Assembly: GCA_002189035.1 (NCBI GenBank)
Contig: CM007991.1
Coordinates: forward strand, 868,001-932,000
Source: Utricularia gibba
Taxonomy: Eukaryota > Plantae > Magnoliophyta
Direction of reading: 5' to 3'
Length of the DNA stretch: 64,000 nt
Each line of letters opens with the position of its first letter. Position 1 is the stretch's first letter. Positions 58,628-64,000 of the stretch are shown here, piece by piece. The notes under the pieces are model-generated. The model worked only from the letters and a program-made list of their open reading frames with translations. It ran no database searches and had not been told where the DNA came from. A program made the translations under genes and the position numbers.

Positions 58628-61600
58628 TCACTCCACTGCCCTTGGAACAGCTTCAGCCTGAGGGAAGAAAACAAAGGGGAATGTTAAACAGCCTACAATG
58701 GTGGATGCTCACTCGAACAAACCACTTACCAGCTTCCTAAACTGGAGCGAGTAGAACATTTCAAGATACCGCCTTAAGCCCCGGCGATCGAGCTTTGAAA
58801 TGTGTTTGGAGAAGCCGTAGACTCCGGCCAGCGTCAGCAGTCTGTCAGAGTATATCTGCCATGTGAACCTGGGGATCAAGAAATATAATGTGAAGCCGTA
58901 GATAGATTCAAGGTGGTGATGATGATGATGGTGCGTTGGTTGCTTACTTCTCCTGGATTCGTTTGAGCCCTCCCGCAGAAATGGTGTCCCAATGCGAAGG
59001 ATCAGTCCTGCACTTCTCGAAGAAGTTGAGAAGGGCATCAGCTACTTGATCCCCATTATAGGGATCAATGTGGAAACCGGACTTCCCATGGATGATGATC
59101 TCAGCTGGTCCGCCGTTGAGCGTGGCGAAGGTAGGGAGTCCACAGGTCATGGCTTCGACCACCGTCAGGCCGAAGGCTTCATAGAATGCAGGCTGAACGA
59201 AGGCGCCTTTCGTGTCGGCGATGCAGCGGTAGAGCTCACCATTCCGAACACGGTTCATTTGGGAAGAAATCCATCTGAATTGGCCGTTCAGGTGGTATGT
59301 GTCGATGAGTTCGTACATCCTTTTCATCTCCGCTTGTTCCTCCAAGTCCTTGGATTCTTTCCTTCTGTCCCCTCCGACCACGACCAGGTTCACTAGTTCT
59401 CTTAATTTCTTGTTCTTGGCAAAGAGCTCTACCAAGCCAGTTAAGTTCTTGACCCTGTCAAGCCTTGCCATGGTGAATATAATTGGTTTCTTCTTGTCTT
59501 TCAGCACGCATCTGAACAAGGGCCAGAGAAAAATCAAGTCAGTCCCCAGTCTGTTCATGAAATAGGGAATAGCACAAGAAAGAGGAACTTACAGATGCTC
59601 CTCATTTTCTACTTGGCTGAACAGAAGGTCATTGATTTCTGGATGGAATGAGGTAAGCCGTTTTTCTTTCTCCGTGTAAGGGAAGTAAAGATTCTCATCA
59701 GCTCCAGGGGACACAATGTTGAATTTTGGGTCGAAAACATCAATCCCATGAACAGCTCTGTATAATCCAGGCATAGTGAAAGCCATATGGGACTCATACT
59801 GTCCAACAGTGCTCTTGCTGAAAAGCGACACATGGACATGAGATGTTTGTATGATCTAAAACTTCTGAAGGGGGATTAATTACATGGATGTAAAAAACTA
59901 ACCTTCCTGCTATTTCCTGGAATGTGCTGGTGATGATGAAGTCGCTGTGATTCATTGCATACAAATCAGCTGTAAATTGGCTTGAGAAGTGATACTTTTG
60001 GTCGAATTTTTTCCAGTATGTATCTGAATCAGGATACTTGGTTTTCTCAAGGGCATGTGCGATAGTACACTGAAGAAAACGAAACACGAAAACCATTAGA
60101 AATAGCATTAGAATCAAGCTATAGCATCAGTTACAAACCTGAGTAGCTCCCAGCTTGTTAGACAGCAACGAGGCTGCGAGATTGCCCTCACTATAGTTGC
60201 CAATGATCAAATCAGGCTTCCCCTTAAGATCTGCAATGATTTCTTTTGACAAATCCTGCAAAAATGTGAATTTGTCCATGAGTCCAATGTTCAAGACATA
60301 GAGAAGAATGCCTGAACGAGCTTATGTCCTCACCTCAGTGAACCTTTCCATGTATGGCCATACTTCAAACCGGGAGATCCATTTCCGAACGATTCCCTTC
60401 TCCGTTCTAAAGGGAACTCGAATGATATGTGAATGCTCTGCTCCATATACTTTCTCCAGGTGCTGTCCGCAGGTAGTACCAACTGCATCTGGGAGAAGTC
60501 TTGTTACCTGGAAAGTTTTAAATGTCAAAAGCAGGAACTTTGTGTTGACATGTTTTGAGGAAAGGAAGTGTCCTTGGAACATACAATGAGTATTCTTGGA
60601 GTGATATCCAGTCCTTGTTCTTTCAAACGTTTCAGCATCTCACGTTCCAAAGCTGGAACTTGATCCAAAATGTAGACAACCTGCAAGTGCAACCAAAAGA
60701 ATGGGATTTTGGCTCATTTCATCTAAATTCGTTGTGGCTTCAAAAACAAAATGTGATGTTTTTTCTACCTGTCCACCGGTATCAGGATATCCTAGAACGT
60801 TGTCTTGAGCAAAGTAGCCGTGAGGTGAAAGGATGATAACATTGAAAATCAGAGGGATTCTTCCTAGAAACTTCTCTAATGAGCTTGAATCAGGGCCCTC
60901 AAGAAGTTCAAGAAGCAATGAAATTGTCTCGACTACCCGTGCTGCGGTATCTCCCCATCCACGTTCCAATCCAATCTCCTGCAACTTCTTTTCGAATTCA
61001 TCATAGAGTGTATCTTCTGGGAACAGTGAGAGATACTCCACTGCCTTCCTCAGAGCAACTTCTAGAGTACCAAGGCATCCTATCTTGTCATTCAGCAAAA
61101 GCTTCTGCAACAGTAAGGCATGTGAAAAGCTGATTCTTCCTCTTAGAAACAGATGCCTCTGAAAGAAATATCCATTACCTTGCCACCGTGTTGCCGAGTT
61201 CGAAGGAAATCGAATAGCAGAATCAAGCTTTCCCGGTCATGGAAAAGTTTAGCAGATAGATGTTTGTAAAGAAACTCAACACCATTACCTATGGAGCTGG
61301 TGAGAGTTGGCTTGGGAAATGATGAGGTGTATGGCAGAAAATCAACCTCAAGAACTACGTTTCCATTATCTCTGCAGCAAGGAGACTTACGCAAATAAGG
61401 TGTCAAATAAAAAGGAAACAAACTTATACTCGATCAGGAAGCAGGGAACAAAACGTACACCCCATCAACAAGCACTTCCTTGAACTGCAAATATTCAGGA
61501 GCAGTGAGGTCCTCAACAAGCAGAGATTTCACGTTGATTCTGATGTATTCCCAAATACCGGGTCGAAGCCGAACCGCTAGCACCACCCATGGAGTTAACA

Positions 61601-61961
61601 CAATTGCTTCCTATATCAGGACCAAGAAATATCAGGCAATGAAACAGAGCAGAATCAATAAAGGGATGCTTTGGTTTAGTGGTTTACCTGTGTACAATGA
61701 ATAGTTTCCCTGAAGGCATGATCGCGCAATTTGTTCCCTTCAAACTCAGAGAGGAGTTGTTGGGGCTTGAGAATCGCATTTCCCTGAGCCGCAACCCTGC
61801 AATAAATAGCGAACAATGATCGAGAATCGGATAAAAAAAACTTTACCTAAAAAGTAACTTTACCTCGACAAGAACAAGGAGATATCATCGCGATAAGCAG
61901 AAATAGCGACTTCCAATTGCCCACGGAGGCTGTCGTCATAACTTCCAACACCCTCTGCCAT
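58628..61961 (-). CDS. SUS: Sucrose synthase, SUS I group, multi-exon
   Basis: [111 protein letters not shown], and ...RKL|AEAVPRAVE*. All exons join in frame with GT-AG sites. Confidence 0.97.
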
Positions 61962-63398
61962 CCTGGGTCACCGGATCCCGAGCAAAGTCTCTATTTTCAA
62001 ACAAGAAATCGTTAGAACAAGCAACTTGACCGGCAAATAATCATGACTACATATTTCTCTACTGCCATAAGCCCTTGCGGTGTGTAGCAGAACCCAGCTC
62101 AAAAAGACGTGCTACCATACCTTAAATCTAGGAAAAGCGGAGAAACAACTAAACGAAAATCCAACACACGCGAATGGGATCGTAGAGAAGAGCGAAAAAT
62201 GATGATGGAGAGATTGCATGACAAACGTTTGCCTTTTATAGGAAGAAATCAAAAGACTTCAAACACTAGGAGCGGTAGTGGTTTCGGCTTCGCAGGGTTG
62301 AACCCCATAGGCGGTGGATTGCCGCGTCCGGATTTCATGGAAACCTCCTTTTGCCGCAGAAAGTATCACTTTTTTTGTTCAAATCCTCAGAGAAGCGCAG
62401 AAGAATCAAGAAAAGCCCTCCTCTGGATATTTTCAAATCCTCCATTGCAAAACGAAGGTGAAAAATCTCTAGTAACAAAAATATCCCTAACGGCTGTTTG
62501 TTCTTACATCATCCGTCGAAAATGACAGGAAAAGGGAAATAGAAATTAAAATAAAAAAAATCCATGAGACAAAAGTGAAATCAAATCAATATCTTGTATT
62601 AATTTAATAAAAAAAAATCTCCTACGTCACTCAGATCATGGATTTTTATCTGGAGTTGGATGACGATTTCGCTTTGTTCGATTCAAATGAATTCCATTGG
62701 TTGATGACGTACGGACAAATGAATTCCATTGCTTTGTATATTATTTACGCATGTGCCGCGCCGATCGCCGACTCTGAGATGTGATTCCGGTGCATTTCTG
62801 TGTGCGCCGCCGCCTGGTTGCCTAATTGGGCCCACAGTTCCTCCTGTGGCCCACACCAAATGATGCTACCGGCCCAAAACACACACCAAATCCATGTACA
62901 TGTAAATAAATACCGTATTTCGGTTTCTTTCCTACAAGCTGGCGAGGAAGGGTATACTCGTCATTTCATAACAAGAAACCCTAGTGGTTGACTAGTCAAC
63001 AGGCTTCCCCAGGTCAGGTGTATATAAATAAACGCTATTTATATACATGCATGACAAAATACAATACAACGTACGAAAGACAGTTCAATGGAAAATACAC
63101 TGCAGCAATGAGTTTTACCTTCGCCCCCCGCCCGCCTGCCTGCTAAACTACTACACGAAGCAGCAACATGCAAAGAGAAACAAAACAGTAACTGTAACAT
63201 GTAAATCTGTATTTACCCATGAGGCAACCTGCCGGTTGCTAGGTTGTATGACAGCTCTGGTTTAGATTTTTTGATCCTGGGCTCCAAGACCCATGCAAAG
63301 CAAAGCAAAGCAACAGCCTGCTTTGTCTCTCTCGCAGTGCCAAGCGTTGTGTTCTCATGGGTTGCTCGATGGCAGCTAAAAACAGCAGTGATGGATGA

Positions 63399-63933
63399 TT
63401 AATAACTGAATGCTTCGCCGCAAGTCACCCACTGCACGAAACTCTCGGAGAATTCATCGATAGAGGTTAGGGATGCAGCTTCAGTTCCAGTCTTCTCCTT
63501 CATCTGCGCGCACAAGCAGGAAGTGTCGGGAGAGATGGAAATGATACCGGGGACCCGTGTGGAAATGTGGAAAGGCTACTCACCATTGAACGGGATACAT
63601 ATGATTCACTTGTGGATGCTGGCGTTATTTCCCCGGTCAGACCCGGCTCATAGATAACGCTTTCTGAAGACATTCCAGGCGTGGGAGAGATCCCCTGTGT
63701 TGACCTGCTTGTAATGGCAAAAGAGAAGAGCAGGGGTACTGAGTTCCACAGAACACTACAGCCTTCTTAACCCCAACTGAACACAACTATCTAGTTACCT
63801 TTCCAACAAGTCTTCCTCACACGAGGATGAGAGCCAGTCTAAGTCAACGAAATTCGAGTCAGATTCAACATCAGGGTATCTATCTCTTTGCATTTCAGCA
63901 AGGAGCATCTTTGCAGGCATTGACGAAGTGCAC
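63399..63933 (-). CDS. SAC-domain phosphoinositide phosphatase (SAC2-5/FIG4-like), last three exons; the rest lies beyond the window
   Basis: SMPAKMLLAEMQRDR..SNFVDLDWLSSSCEEDLLER|STQGISP..GEITPASTSE|..DEFSESFVQWVTCGEAFSY*, matching the SAC C-terminal motifs I recall (NFVDLDWLSS, FSDSFVxWVxxGE). Confidence 0.85.
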
Positions 63934-64000
63934 CTGTAGAAACAAATTGCGAATTAAACATGTGCAAGTTCATTACAATCAGGATTTGAAGTTTTTTAAG

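Overview
Gene-dense eudicot nuclear DNA, with about 19 intact spliced or intronless protein-coding genes, one tRNA and at least two pseudogene remnants in 64 kb. In order: GPAT6-like (exon 2), PAS1/FKBP72, type-1 nsLTP, DUF3527, a secreted Ser/Pro-rich HRGP, a LisH-motif protein, an L-type lectin-TM protein, a GT106/FRB1-like O-fucosyltransferase-family gene, a DnaJ-like zinc-finger gene, a DIVARICATA-type MYB, a LPQEWxY-ending plant protein, a PPR remnant, a SIS-like gene, DUF617/MIZ1-like, tRNA-Val(CAC), CASPL5B, a MEGLIP small protein, two ZFP10/RBE-like C2H2-EAR genes flanking a VQ remnant, sucrose synthase, and the 3' end of a SAC phosphoinositide phosphatase. Short introns and tight spacing suggest a compact genome; Lentibulariaceae is a possibility but the species cannot be determined here. 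Ten frameshifts in eight otherwise intact genes are all single-base losses in G/C runs, which points to long-read consensus error rather than pseudogenisation. No CRISPR array, rRNA, intact transposon or demonstrably new biological system was found. The best leads are a same-strand GPAT6-PAS1-nsLTP cuticle-lipid trio, a SUS paralog lacking the N-terminal kinase consensus, real gene decay (VQ, PPR, orphan promoters), a duplicated splice donor, a probable gained intron in the MYB, and an ORF-less spliced-looking locus at 19.1-21.7 kb. Family names and Arabidopsis locus comparisons are from memory and need BLAST confirmation.
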